Source of the DNA: Octopus sinensis | Lineage: Eukaryota | Direction: 5' to 3' | Assembly (NCBI RefSeq): GCF_006345805.1 | Contig: NC_042998.1 | Location: forward strand, 26,660,001 to 26,724,000 | Length of the DNA stretch: 64,000 bases | In this document: positions 12,981 to 25,267 of the stretch, one piece after another | How positions within the stretch are numbered: the stretch's first letter is position 1 | How the letters are laid out: every line of letters begins with the position of its first letter | Notes under the pieces: generated by a model | Told to the model about the DNA's origin: nothing | Database searches by the model: none | Seen by the model: the letters and a program-made list of their open reading frames with translations, nothing else | Position numbers and translations under genes: made by a program

Positions 12981-14029
12981 CATTCACTGGTCCACTTGTA
13001 ATATTCTTGTTACCACTATTACGTTGTGGTGGTATTCCACATCTTGTTATCTTTGACTCATCTATCATGCTATTGCTGATAGCTCTGCAAGACAATGACT
13101 TCAAAACGTCTATCTTGATGGTAACTCGAACTCGTATATACCATGTAACTGACACTGACTCCAACTGAGAAACTCATACAATGATCTACTACTACTACTG
13201 ACAGACTTCTCTACAATGACTGACTGTCTGACTTCATAGTGGCTGTATCATACCACTTTGCCACATGGGAAGGGTTGTACCCAGCATTGGATTAACCATT
13301 AAGCAAAATAAGCATGTGCTTGGGACATCAAGGGAAAGGGTGGAGCACCACAGAAATGGTAAATGGTTTATAGTACAAAAGAAATCACTTTAATCTTACC
13401 AAAATAAACATTATTGAGTGTACCTTTCTAAATGTAGACATTGTGTTTTGTATATTCTTAACATTAATGGTCACAAATTGCTCAGCTGGAGCATTCAATT
13501 TCTCAGTTTAAGTATATTGAAAATCCCATCGAACAACTATGCAACAAGGCAGGATGGGTGTCTTATGTCTACTAAGTATAGAAGCAACTGTACTATGTAA
13601 AATTAATTCTGAGAATCTGATTAAAGACTTTGCAATTAAAAAAAAAGTTTTCAAGCATAAACAAAGCGGAAGGATACAAAAATAAACATTATTTTCCATC
13701 GTACTCTCAGTTTTGTTTCATTATGGAAAATACAAATTTATTTCATGGATTATTATTGTTGTTTATATTTTGAATTATGTATATGTGGGGGCACGAAAAT
13801 CTTTTAAGAGCTTAGGGCCTCTGTGGGTCTTAATCCGGCCTGGGGTGTACCGTTTCACTACAACATTTTTCCAGATGGAATTTGTTGAAGTAGATTTCTG
13901 TGGCTGGATGCTCTTCCTGTCACCTATGCTCACCAGTTTCCAAGCAAGGCAGTATTTAGCTAGACCTGTTTCCCACTGAAGACTGCATGTGAACAACATC
14001 ACTTGTATGACAGTGATGCTCGATGCCAC

Positions 14030-14242
14030 ATAAAAAGTATTGGAGTCACATAAAAAAAAAAAAAAGCACTGGTGCTGGAGCCACGTAAAAAAGCACTCTG
14101 TAAAGTGGCTGGAATTAGGAAGGGTGCTCAATTACAGAAACTAAGCCAAAATGGAAACTGGTGGGGCCTCTGGACTTACCCACTTCTATGAAGCTGTCTA
14201 ACTCATGCCAGCACAGAAAATGGACATTAAATGATAATGACA
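14030..14242 (+). mobile_element. RTE LINE 3' end (degenerate)
   Basis: GTAAAGTGGCTGGAATTAGGAAGGG...CATGCCAGCACAGAAAATGGACATTAAATGATAATGA. Confidence 0.75.
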
Positions 14243-14754
14243 TGATGTGCAGACAGTGCTATACACACACAAGCACAGATACGGCTTCTTTCAGTTTATG
14301 ACTGCTATATCTGCTCATAAAGCTTTGGCCAGCCAGGAGCTGACCAAAGACAGTTGCCCAAGGTGGCCTGCACTAGCTTCTTAACATAGCCATACATACA
14401 CCAATATAAGGACACATAAAATAATTTATAAGGTAATGTAAAATAATGTTCTGTACATAAATTATCAAGAACTGAACTCCTTTTGTGATTGGTTTCTTTC
14501 TCTACAATATCACTCTTACTATTTAGAAATATTGTCCAAATGATAATGTAATGGCATTTTGTCATGTAATTATTCCATAAACTTACTGTTTTCACATCAC
14601 AGCTGCCATTACATTTCTTCCTGGTTAGTTCTTTTTGACATGAAATCAAGATTATAGAGGAAAAGAGGGCATTAACAAGAAATGGAAGACTCACAGAATG
14701 ACATATGAAGAATAAATAACTGCTTTTATTTGAAATAAAGGAATATATATCGGT

Positions 14755-14872
14755 GCAGGAATGGCTGTGTAGTAAAGAAGCTTGCTTCCCAACCACATGG
14801 TTCCAGGTTCAGTCCCTCTGCATGGCACCTTGGGCAAGTGTCTTCTACTATAGATTCGGGCCGACCAAAAAC
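14755..14872 (+). mobile_element. SINE family A, head half
   Basis: GGAATGGCTGTGTAGTAAAG...GGTTCAGTCCC...CCTTGGGCAAGTGTCTTCTACTATAG. Confidence 0.85.
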
Positions 14873-15515
14873 TTTAGAGGTGGTTATGGCTGGTCAGAGA
14901 GTGACCATTGGTTTCACACCAGTAAAGTTCTCAGCTGTATAGGCAACTCATCGGGCAGAAATGGTCAGAGGCACAAAACCTCTTTACAAATGGAGGGGGG
15001 GAAATGTCATGGTCAGTTAATTTTGTAAACGAAATGCATGCATGCATGTATGTATGTAAAACAATCTATGCACTGCTTATAATAACAATTGTAAAATATA
15101 CAAAGCCTCAATTATACATTTGAAATTATATAAAGATGCTTCAACGTTTGTTTCCAAAAGCCTGTTATTCTGGGCACTTTACTAAAATGTATTCTACAAA
15201 GGAAATTAATGCTTATACACTTCTCTAGGTTTTTTTTTTTTCTTTTTTACTTAGAGATCACATGATTACACTAAGAATCAATATGGTTTTCATTCTTTAA
15301 AAACGTAAAAGCTCAAAAACATCTTCATTTCAATCATTGTAGACTGTACATAGCAACAGCCTAAACTTTTAATGACATTTCCAACATAATCATTTTTCTG
15401 ATGATTAAATGAAGTCTTATGAAAATTTTATCAATATTCTTTACTTGATGTTTTCTAAAACAAAGTCTGAAAGGCAATGCTAACAGATTGGTGTATTAGT
15501 AAAATTATTCCAAAT

Positions 15516-15661
15516 CAAGGATAGGCAACTGTTTTTTGAGAAGCAGGCCACATGAGACATGACTCATCATCAAGCTGACAGCACTACAAAAGAAATCCAA
15601 AGTAATTTTTCATGAGGGATGCCGTTCATTAAGTCCTGCGGGCCATGTTTGCCTCTGCCTG
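15516..15661. mobile_element. Old hAT-like MITE
   Basis: Degenerate TIRs CAAGGATAGGCAAC / TTTGCCTCTGCCTG; flanking 8-mers TTCCAAAT / TTCTAAAC (6/8 identical). Confidence 0.45.
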
Positions 15662-15786
15662 TTCTAAACTATTGTACATTTTTGTCAGCAGTTCTAAGCA
15701 CCATAGTTCTAGGCATAAAATGATTATTTCAATAAGTTCATTTCCATTCTTGCCAATTTGCAAATCCTCCAAAACCTTCATCATTT

Positions 15787-15992
15787 TGTTGTGTCTGGGG
15801 AGAGTCATTTTCTTTTTGTGCCTTATAATGTAACACACTCACTGGTAAAATTTCCACTTATTTCTTATTTTTATTTACCAGTGAGTGTGTTACATTATAA
15901 GGCACAAAAAGAAAATGATTCTCCCCAGACACAACAGAATATGCTTCAACACACAAACTCATATAAAGAATCTTGCAAACCAAATCCAAAAA
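15787..15992. repeat. Repeat family G, copy 2, arranged as a 63-bp inverted repeat
   Basis: 15787-15849 is the reverse complement of 15874-15936 with one mismatch. Confidence 0.9.
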
Positions 15993-16659
15993 CGAGATAT
16001 ATTTCATCAATGTTAAAAATATTACTTTTCAAACTCCTTGATCCGTTTAAGGTAAAAAAAAAACAAGTATTCAGAAACACTTTTGTTTCAACTTTAGTAT
16101 TTCCTAATTAATATGAGGTAATTAATGAGAAAATTCTTCCTAAAATAAGCTTTATTTCTCAAAGAGAAATGCATTTTAAAATTCATACGCTAGAAGAATA
16201 AGTTTCTAGATCACATTTTGCAATCACGGCTGCCTTATTAAGTAAACATTAAGATACGTTTTTCTCTCAAATAAAATCTAGTTTTCTAAAAGCGAATAAT
16301 AATAACACACCATGATTTGTTAATGATATACCCAGATGTATTTTAGTAAAGGAATAAATCAATAAAAGCTGTAATGGATTAATAAATAACACAGTTACTT
16401 CTAACAACATTTAGATTAATGATATTAAACAAAATTAAACTAATGGAAAGAACTCAAAGTAAACTAACATTATGCATTATGATAAATCAGGAAAGTCTAA
16501 GATTACTGAATGAGGTATGCAAAAACTTCTTAATGAATTGAAATTTACTCTTTACTTAAACAAAGAGGACGAAAATAATAATTATAAAGATTGTGGCACC
16601 TCTTAATGACACTAAAAGTTAATTTAAATAAAAAAAAATTTTTTAACCCTTTTAATACC

Positions 16660-16907
16660 AACTTGCATGATATATATATATGTGTATGTATGCATATATA
16701 TATATATATATATATATAAATATATATATATGTATGTATGTATGTATATATATATGTGTATATATGTATATATATATATATTTATGTATCTATGTATGTA
16801 TATATATGTAACTATATATATGTATGTATATATATGTATATATATATATGTATTTAATGTATGTATGTATATATACATATATATATATATATACATACAT
16901 ACATATA
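16660..16907. repeat. Compound (TA)n/(TATG)n microsatellite
   Basis: Read directly from the sequence. Confidence 0.95.
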
Positions 16908-17190
16908 TATCATCATCATTTAACGTCCACTTTCCCTGCTGGCATGGGTTGGATGGTTTGACTGAGGACTGGCAAGCCAGAAGGCTGCACCAGGCTCCAA
17001 TCTAATCTGGCAATGTTTCTACAGCTGAATGCCCTTCCTAATGCCAACCACTGAGAGTATAGTCAGGTGGTATTGGCATTAACCCACGCTTGAATGGTGT
17101 GTATTACATGCCACCAGCATGGGTACCAGTCAGGTGGCACTGGCATCGGCCACAACTACAATTTCCATTTTGATTTCAATCTTGATTTGC
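16908..17190 (-). mobile_element. RTE LINE 3' end
   Basis: (CAT)n-TTTAACGTCCAC...GGCATGGGTTGGA...TTTCTACAGCTG.ATGCCCTTCCTAATGCCAACCAC. Confidence 0.9.
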
Positions 17191-17199
17191 TTTTGATTT

Positions 17200-17237
<38 letters not shown>

Positions 17238-17339
17238 ATAAAAATGGTAAGGCAACAAAAGAATGAAAGAGACCTTGATATTATGTAAATAGAGGAATTT
17301 CTCTGTAAATGTAATATGTGACAATTATTCGGTAGCCAT

Positions 17340-17400
17340 GATAAAACTCCGAGTTTCGGATATCGGGGTGGAAATCCACGCCGCCATCTCTTCAGTTATC
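17340..17400 (-). ncRNA. Minimal type-I hammerhead ribozyme motif, family 1
   Basis: GAUAA-CUGAAGA-[31-nt hairpin containing GUGGA/UCCAC]-GAAA-CUC-G-GAG-UU-UUAUC: intact core, 5-bp stem I, stem III with a 1-nt loop, GUU cleavage triplet. Confidence 0.7.
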
Positions 17401-17693
17401 CAGCCATCGGAAAAATGCTATGAAAATGACCGTTATACAAAGGGAAATTACTGTGTGATTGACCGTTATTAAGACAAAAAGCTATTTGAATGATCTCTAA
17501 GTGAGGGGAGGGAGTAAAAGTAAGGGGGTAAAAATGTACATAGTATTCGCGTAAGTGCACATGGCCATACCTACACATGCGCACCTGCATACCCACATAC
17601 ATGCGTCTATAAGTATACACTCATCCACCCACACTTGAAACATACACATTTTCACCCGCACCATTCACCAAAAGATATATATATATATATATA

Positions 17694-17823
17694 TGAGGGC
17701 AGCTGCATCGAACTCTCTCATGCACCAAATGGCAGTTGCTAGAAAGCTTTCGTGAAGTGAAACCAAGTAGCAACACCAAATGGCGGTGCCCCAGCATGGC
17801 CACAGCTCATAAGCTGAAACTAG

Positions 17824-17857
<34 letters not shown>
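17694..17857 (+). mobile_element. Short retroposon 3' end with a (CAAT)n tail
   Basis: Ends GGCGGTGCCCCAGCATGGCCACAGCTCATAAGCTGAAACTAG-(AATC)n; this tail is related to that of SINE family A. Confidence 0.7.
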
Positions 17858-17859
<2 letters not shown>

Positions 17860-18524
17860 TATACACATACAATCCCACACATACTCACGTGCACCACAAA
17901 GGTTCATACACATGTCTATATATGCACAAGCACAAGAAAAAACAGGACTAAGGGCAACAATACAGAAAGTGTAAAGAAGTATAAAAAAAAATAAGCAATA
18001 AGAGTAAAACACATCTATATATGCACATACCTGTATGCACGCACACACACGTCTATATACGGGCATACCCACACACAAAAATGTTCATACACACTTCTAT
18101 ATACGCTCATGCACAAGAAAAAATGGCTAAAGGCAAAAATACAGGAAAAAGTGTAAAAAAACAATGAGTAAAATACGTCTATATACACACATACTCTCAT
18201 GCATGCACACACATATTTATATATGCACATACCCGCACACATCCACACATGTGCACAAAGGATTCCATATACACATCTATATATGCACAGGGAAAAATAC
18301 AGGATGGAAGATGGAATACAGAAAAAATATGTGTAAAAAATATATGAGCAATAAACCTATAAAACAATATCTCTATAAATATGTAAAAAATATATGTATA
18401 AAAAATATATAAATATATATAAAAATATAGAAATATAAGTAAAAAGTATAAAGAGGTAAAAAGCTTGTACATAGACACAATATAGAAAGCAAGTGCTATC
18501 TGTAATCTCAGGGGTCCAAAAACA

Positions 18525-19110
18525 TAACAAATATTTAGCCACGTAAGGGCATGACCCGAAAAGTTCAGTTCTTGAATTCAGACATGTAGCAGTGTCTAAG
18601 CGGCTTTTCCAGATGAGCCATCTTTCCATATCACAAAGACCGCACTTTCCACTGCTGTTGGTGTAGGGCTTGCACTTGGCTAAGATCTTCCAATGGATGT
18701 TGTAACTGACACTTTTATCTTTTAAGGACCATATATGACTGGATAATTTGGTCGTTTTCCTTTTATCCCAGTGCCTGAAGCTCAAGGTGTGATTATTGAA
18801 CCTGGCCTTGAAATTACCCTCTGTAAGATGCACATATTTCTTCGTCGAAATCGTGTCCTTAGTGGATATAGAGTTCATGGTGGCTTCATAAATGATGGCC
18901 TCAGACATGCAAGCTCCATTTTGTGGTCATAAATTTTTATCCCTGCATGAACAGCTGGTTTCATACTGTGGTTTTTGTGTGTTGTGTGCGATTATATTTT
19001 TAAAATTGGTAATAGAGCTGAAACTGAATTTTAAGTTATGTCTATTGAAGAGCTTTCTGTAAGTATGGTTGACTGGAAAATGTCTATCTATCAGATGCCA
19101 AACACTCTGA
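18525..19110 (-). pseudogene. PLE linker plus GIY-YIG endonuclease domain (one in-frame stop)
   Basis: ORFs 18927..19145 (HLIDRHFPVNHTYRKLFNRHNLKFSFS...CSCRDKNL*) and 18357..18908 (IIYEAT...KYVHLTEGNFKARFNNH...LSSHIWSLKD...KCGLC...LNSRTELFGSC) are in the same frame, separated by a stop and 6 codons. Confidence 0.9.
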
Positions 19111-19228
19111 GAGTATAGTGGGTGTGTTTGACGTGCTACCAGCACAGGAGCCAGTCAAGTGGGCCTGGCGTCGATCACATTTGGATGGTGCTTTTTACAT
19201 GCCACCAGCACAGGAACCAGTCAAGGGG
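19095..19228 (-). mobile_element. RTE 3'-UTR fragment at the 5' truncation point of the PLE
   Basis: ATGCCAAACACTCTGAGAGTATAGTGGG...CACAGGAGCCAGTCA...GGATGGTGCTTTTTACATGCC. Confidence 0.8.
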
Positions 19229-19386
19229 GTGCAAATTCATTGCTTTATAACATAAATGACTGCTTTAGTTTTAAGATTTAACCTGGTCTTGTTGGTTTTT
19301 CTCACATGTAATTTTAGAGATCATATTTGTGGGTAGTCAAAAATTTGAATGCAGGTGAGGGGTTCTACCCCTATGTTAAACAATGA

Positions 19387-19606
19387 TTCTTTTCTACTCT
19401 AGGCACAGGGCCCGAAATTTGGGGAGAGAGGGGGCCAGTTGATTAGATCAGTCCCAGTACACAACTGGTACTTAATTTATTGACCCCGAAAGGATGAAAG
19501 GCAGGCTCGATCTCAGCAGAATTTGAACTCAGAATGTAGCAATAGGCAAAATACTACTAAGTATTTCATCCAGCGTGCTAACAATTAAGCCAGCTTGCTG
19601 CCTTCT
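19387..19606 (-). mobile_element. SINE family C
   Basis: Reverse complement of the second unit at 7890-8068. Confidence 0.85.
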
Positions 19607-20911
19607 CCTGCATAAATAATGGCAATGGCACATGGCTTAGTGGTTGGTGTGTTGGTCTCATGAATGTAAGATTGTGTTTTCAATTCCTGAACCAAGTAAT
19701 GCATTGTATTCTTGAGAGCAAAACACTTCATTTCATGTCACACCAGCTCACTCAGCAACACTATCCTACAACAGACTATCATCCCATCCAGGGGAAAATG
19801 TATACACCACAAAAACTGGAAAACCATCCTTCTGAGTGTATATGACTCGGGAAGGAGCTTTAACTACACAAATAATATTAATCTTGTGCTTCTGCACAAG
19901 AAATTATTATGATCGTTAAAAATCAATATTTATGACTCGATCCTTTTTGCTGTGAAATACAAAAAGGGTTGCATTCACATGGAAGTTTATTTTTGATTAC
20001 TGAATCATTAATAAACTTTTAAAGGTATTTACCATAATAAAAATGACAATATAATTTCCATTTCTTTAATTTAAAAGATCCAACGTGATCCTTTATTCTT
20101 TCCCCACAACAAATGAATTGAGTGCAGAGCTGTTAGGCCTGATAAAAATAAAATAAAATGAACCTAAACATTTTCGCAAAAAAAATGTAAAGAAAGCCGT
20201 TACATCTCGAATAGACTAAATTTAATGTTTGAGAAAGCTTCTGTTAATAGAGAATCAAAATTTTATAGATACTACAAACAAAATAATGCATGAAAATATT
20301 GAATTATTTACTTTCATCTAGAAGTTATATGTTTACTGATAAAATAAATGATTTTAAATATTTTGTGTATTTATATATATTTTTGTGTATCTAATGCCTG
20401 TAATGCAAAATAAGACACTAAAATGGAAATGTAATTAAGAGATATAAATATAAAAACAAAGTTAGTATTAAATGGCAGGAGAAAAAAGTGTTTGCCTTCT
20501 ATTTTAGAAATAATAGGTGTTTTTGTATATGGATATCCTTTGTAGCACACACCATATAAAGGAACTACTCTCCAATTAGAGGGTATGAAAAAATAGGTTA
20601 AGGCCCCTTTCCCAGGATACAACGCAAAATTTATAACATTCATTAAACCTTCTCTCAGAAACAAAATATGCCTCTTACATATTTTGAAAAAAAATAGTAA
20701 CAATTATTATTATTTTTAAAAGCACAAGTCCACAAATTTGTGAGAGAGGGTTACTTGGTTACATGGACCCTAATATTTGACAAGTGTTTTATTTAACCCC
20801 AGAAGTATAAAAGGTTAAAATGACTTCAGAGGAATTTAAAATCAGAATGTAAAGAGCCAGACCAAACACTGCAAGACATTTTACCCAATTCTTTAGTAAT
20901 TGTGCTAATCT

Positions 20912-21385
20912 TAATATTCTTTGCTACCCTAGGCACAAGGCCTGAAATTTTGGGAGAGGTGGCTACTTAATTACACCAACCACAGGGTTTCACTGGTACT
21001 TAATTTATTGACCCCCAAGAGGAAGAAAGGCAAAGGCAGCCATGGCGGTATTTGAACTCAGAGAAGGCAGCAAGCTGGCAGAAACGTTAGCATGCCGGGC
21101 AAAATGCTTAGAGGTATTTCGTCTGCCGTTACGTTCTGAGTTCAAATTCCGCTGAGGTCGACTTTGCCTTTCGTCCTTTTGGGGTCAATAAATTAAGTAC
21201 CTGTTACGCACTGGAGTCAATATAATCAACTTAATCCATCTGTCTGTCCTTGTTTGTTCCTTCTGTGTTTAGCCCCTTGTGGGTAGCAAAGAAACAGGTA
21301 TTTGAACTCAGAATGTAAAGATAGACGAAATACCACTAAGAATTTTGCCCAGCATGCTAACATTTCTGCCACCTCGCCACCTTAA
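20912..21385. mobile_element. SINE family C (- strand) interrupted by an oppositely oriented family C copy (21063-21296)
   Basis: GGTATTTGAACTCAGA is duplicated at 21047-21062 and 21297-21312, flanking the inner copy. Confidence 0.9.
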
Positions 21386-21989
21386 TAATCTTAATATTAA
21401 CCCTCTTGCACCTAGGCCCCTTTGTCTAATTTTACTTTCCATCTGGGCTCTTAAGTAAAAAAAATAAAATAAAATTAAAATTAATAGTTGTATACACAGC
21501 TCATGAGCAATGACTCCAGTCAAAATAAAGGACAGAATCACAAAAAAAAATTCAGGCCAATAACAATAATAGGCTTCTCTCTTAATTTGTTTATCTGATT
21601 TGCTACTTTTCTCATCACTTTCAACAGTTTTATTTTCTGAATCAATCTCATTCTCTGTGTAAGGGTAAACTCTTCATCCAAAAAATTAAATGTCATCAAC
21701 TGTTTCCTCAATTATAAAGAGTCTGGGCTTTGTTCATTTACCGGACAAAGTGCTGGGTTCACCACATGCTTGTTTCAAGGCAAAAAATCTATTTTCTTTT
21801 TTCAATTGAAAACAAAATCGAACATCTAGGTGGGATACCATTAACAATGAATCATAAACACACTCAGCTACAAAGCTGCAATGTGATTGGTTGTCTATTT
21901 TTAGTATTCTATCTTCTTTTTCTACGTGTATTATTCATTACCACTTTAATGGGAATCTGGAAGAGCTTATGTTTAGGTTATTCCTGCTA

Positions 21990-22460
21990 GATCATCATCA
22001 TTTAACGCCCATTTTCCATGCTGGCATGGGTTGGACGGTTTGACTGAGGTCTGGAATGCCAGCAGCTGCACCAGGCTCCAATCTGATCAAGCAATGTTTC
22101 CACAGCTGGATGCCCTTCCTAATGCCAACCACTCCAAGTGTGCAGTGGGTGTTTTTTACATGCCACTGGCACAGGAGCCAGTCTGGGGGTACTGGTATCG
22201 GCCATGTTTGGATGGTGCTTTTTATGTGTTACTGGCACGGGAGCCAGTCAGGCGGACCTGGCACTGACCACATTCAGATGGTGTTTCTTACATGTCACCG
22301 GCACAGGAGCCTGTACAAGCATCAGCCACATTTGGATGGTGCTTTTTACATGTCACTGGCACAGAAGCCAGTCAGGCAGACCTGGCATCAGCCACATTCG
22401 GATGGTGCTTTTTATGTGCCACCAGCACAGGAGACACCAATTCAGTACTAAGATTGACTG
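21990..22460 (-). mobile_element. RTE LINE 3' end with about 5 VNTR units
   Basis: (CAT)n start, then ~63-bp units TG.CAC.GGCAC.GGAGCCAGTCAGG...CCACATT.GGATGGTGCTTTT. Confidence 0.9.
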
Positions 22461-22892
22461 CATCAGTTTTAGTCCTTCAGTGGTACTTTATCAACTCAGT
22501 AGGATTAAAAACAAATTAGACCACAACAGGTTTTGAAACCAGAACAGAGAGTTATACAGCAAGATGCTGCAAGGCAATTTTTCTGAAGCTTTACCGATTC
22601 TCCCAATGCATCACCCTTAACAATAGCCCTACAAGCAGGGCTGTCACTAAGCCCCTGCAAGCTCTGCCTTTGCAGGGAGTCTCTGCGGTCGAGGCGCCCT
22701 GTATTAACATCAAATTACGTAGATAAGTTATCTATTTATTTTGTTTAAGATGGTGAACAAGAATTAAACTAGCTATGTTAAGTGAAAATTTCAAGAAATA
22801 AAATGGTAATACATTGTACCTGCAAAAGTTCTTGTAAAAATATTACATTGTACTATGAACGAGTACCAGACTTTGTGGATTACTCTTACTCT

Positions 22893-23288
22893 CTCTTTTA
22901 CTTGTTTCAGTCATTTGACTGCGGCCATGCTGGAGCACTGCCTTTAGTCGAGCAAATCGACCCCAGTACTTATTCTTTGTAAGCCCAGTACTTATTCTAT
23001 CAGTCTCTTTTGCCGAACCGCTAAGTGACGGGGACGTAAACACACCAGCATCGGTTGTCAAGCAATGCTATGGGGACAAACACAGACACACAAACACACA
23101 CATACATATATATATACATATATACGACAGGCTTCTTTCAGTTTCTGTCTACCAGATCCATTCACAAGACTTTGGTCAGCCCGGGGCTATAGCAGAAGAC
23201 ACTTGCCGAAGGTGCCACGCAGTGGGACTGAACCCGGAACCATGTGGTTGGTTAGCAAGCTACTTACCATTCAGCCACTCCTGCGCCT
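22893..23288 (-). mobile_element. SINE family A, full length
   Basis: tRNA-like head (minus strand AGGCGCAGGAGTGGCTG...GGTTCAGTCCC), internal CA/TA microsatellite, tail ...CAGTCAAATGACTGAAACAAGTAAAAGA. Confidence 0.93.
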
Positions 23289-23650
23289 ATATCTATGATA
23301 TCTATTGAATGTGAACTTAGCTCTCAGCTTGATTATTCTGAACTGAACAATGATTTTGCAAAGCAAAAAGTGTGACGTGTTTGTCTTTGAAAGTTTTTAC
23401 TTATTGAAATTTGTAACAGCCCTAAATAAATTTAACTTGTACTTTTAAAGATGTTATTTAGGATAACATGAAATATTGAACTTCAGATGGAAGAAAGTAA
23501 AATACAGCTATGAATAAAAAGATGTGTAGATAATGAATTTTGATTGAAGGGATGGGGCCTCGAAACAAAAAGTTTCAGGGGGTGTCTAAAAGTCACACAA
23601 CAGAGCTGCATAGAAGGAAAATTTATAACAACCATCTCCTTGAATTTTAG

Positions 23651-23774
23651 GCACAGTGATAAGAGACCTTTTGGCTTTAATCTGGAAACTTAAAGATGAA
23701 GGAACTAGTTTCAACATGAAAGGAAAATCTTCTCCAAAACCAGACCCTATATTAACAGTCCAAGAAAATGTTCA
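23651..23774 (+). CDS. Candidate exon (TVIRDLLALIWKLKDEGTSFNMKGKSSPKPDPILTVQENV)
   Basis: Acceptor CCTTGAATTTTAG|, donor |GTACGT, 40 open codons. No homology recognised and no partner exon established. Confidence 0.25.
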
Positions 23775-24318
23775 GTACGTTCTCTTGAAAAAGTGTATCT
23801 CTTAAAGAACTTGAGAACCTCCAATGAATACATAAATTTCAGGAATGAAATTTTTGTTGTATGTCTGCATTTCAAGAAACACCTCATGTCAGAATTTAAT
23901 AGCAGACCACCAGACTCTTAGTAAACTCTTACTCTCTTGTTTACATCTGTTCGACATTGAATTATTGTAGCATTGATTATCTCCCTTGTGCTTTTTTTTT
24001 TATTTTTCAAATCTTCTTCCTTACCAGCTTCTCTTGTTTAAACATCTTCTGCTCAAAAGACAACAGACAAACAGTCTTGTTCTCATCATGACAAAATGGT
24101 GAAATAAACTATTTCAACCAGAAAACCCTGGGTAGCTGTACTTAACAAGATTTGTGGTTTTGGTTTTTATTATAATATTATCTTTACTCTCTTAGCTGAT
24201 CAAGAACTTTTCTTCTTGTTGAGGCCTTACCACATAATATATCATCATCATTTAATGTCCATTGAACATACGTACGTACGTACATACATACACACACACA
24301 CACACCCATACATACATA

Positions 24319-24535
24319 CAAGTGGGTGCTGAAAAGTTTCTGGCTTTGGGTAAAAGAAAATAAAGGAGGATTTGTTAATTATGATTTTATACAATATATT
24401 CCCCCCTCAGATTCACACACTTATTACAGCAGTCCTTCAGTTTCTTTAAGCCCTATAAAAAATCTCAGAAGGTTAGTTCTCCAACCAGGCTTTTTATGAT
24501 ACTCTTAAAGCCAGGGACTTTTCAGTACCCCCTAA
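24319..24535. mobile_element. mariner-derived MITE
   Basis: TA-CAAGTGGGTGCTGAAAAGTTTCTGGCTTT ... AAAGCCAGGGACTTTTCAGTACCCCCTAA-TA: imperfect ~29-bp TIRs with TA on both sides. Confidence 0.8.
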
Positions 24536-24770
24536 TATTTATACATCCTCCTCCTCCTCCTCATCATCATCATCTTTTTTTGTCTGCTTTCTATACTGGC
24601 ATGAGTCAGAGGGGTTGTCATAGTGCAAGTCATTCTTATTGTAAGACACTGGTTTCATAGACTGAATTATTATTTGTTTGGTAAGCATCAACATGCATTC
24701 TACAAATATTTTGTTTGCAGATTTCTTTATACAAGAGCCTTCTGAGATTCATCAGTCTGGTTAGATATCT

Positions 24771-24998
24771 TTAACCCTTTCATGACTGTATTTATTTTGA
24801 GATGCTCCGTATTTCTTTCAGTTACTTTCAATATAACAAAGAATTTAGTACAATAACTTTGTCATCATGAAGCTAATGTTAGGAACATAAATTGTGGCTA
24901 AGGTTTGGTGGAAGATTTTAATTCAAAACTTACGAAAACAAGACATTTGTACTCAGATCCAGAGCTGGTTTCAGCCGGGTTGGTAACAAAAGGGTTAA
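24771..24998. mobile_element. piggyBac-like MITE
   Basis: TTAA-CCCTTT ... AAAGGG-TTAA ends; a second copy lies at 12780-12980. Confidence 0.85.
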
Positions 24999-25267
24999 CT
25001 GAAGAGACACAACAAGGTTGAAACATCACGGTGCCATAAACTGGTAGATTGTGTTATAAATGTATTTCATCTAAAAGGAAGAGATGTTCTCTGATGATTG
25101 AAAGTAACAGTGATCGGGATATACATGTTTGAATGAGCCAGAAAGGATTGGGAATGCATAGGTACATTGCTGTTTGTATTCTCATTTCTGCATACACCTC
25201 AGGAATCATTATATCTCTTTGGTAAATATCAACATGCATCAGCAACTAACTTCTTTACTGATTTCTA

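Larger units (their letters stand above)
17283..19110 (-). mobile_element. Penelope-like element (PLE), 5'-truncated: linker, GIY-YIG endonuclease, repetitive 3' region and a hammerhead-bearing terminal segment
   Basis: Includes the GIY-YIG ORF remnant below and a hammerhead motif at 17340-17400 on the same strand. Assigning both ends to one element is inferred. Confidence 0.7.

Noticed and set aside
12997-13264. Possible solo LTR (TG...CA)
   Set aside because: No TSD, no second copy in the window and no match to the 45553-45754 LTR.
14305-14796. 163-aa minus-strand ORF with a KKCNGSCDVKT segment faintly like Wnt
   Set aside because: Both ends lie in SINE A fragments, the Wnt cysteine pattern (CKCHGxSGSCxxKTCW) is not matched and the acceptor is weak.
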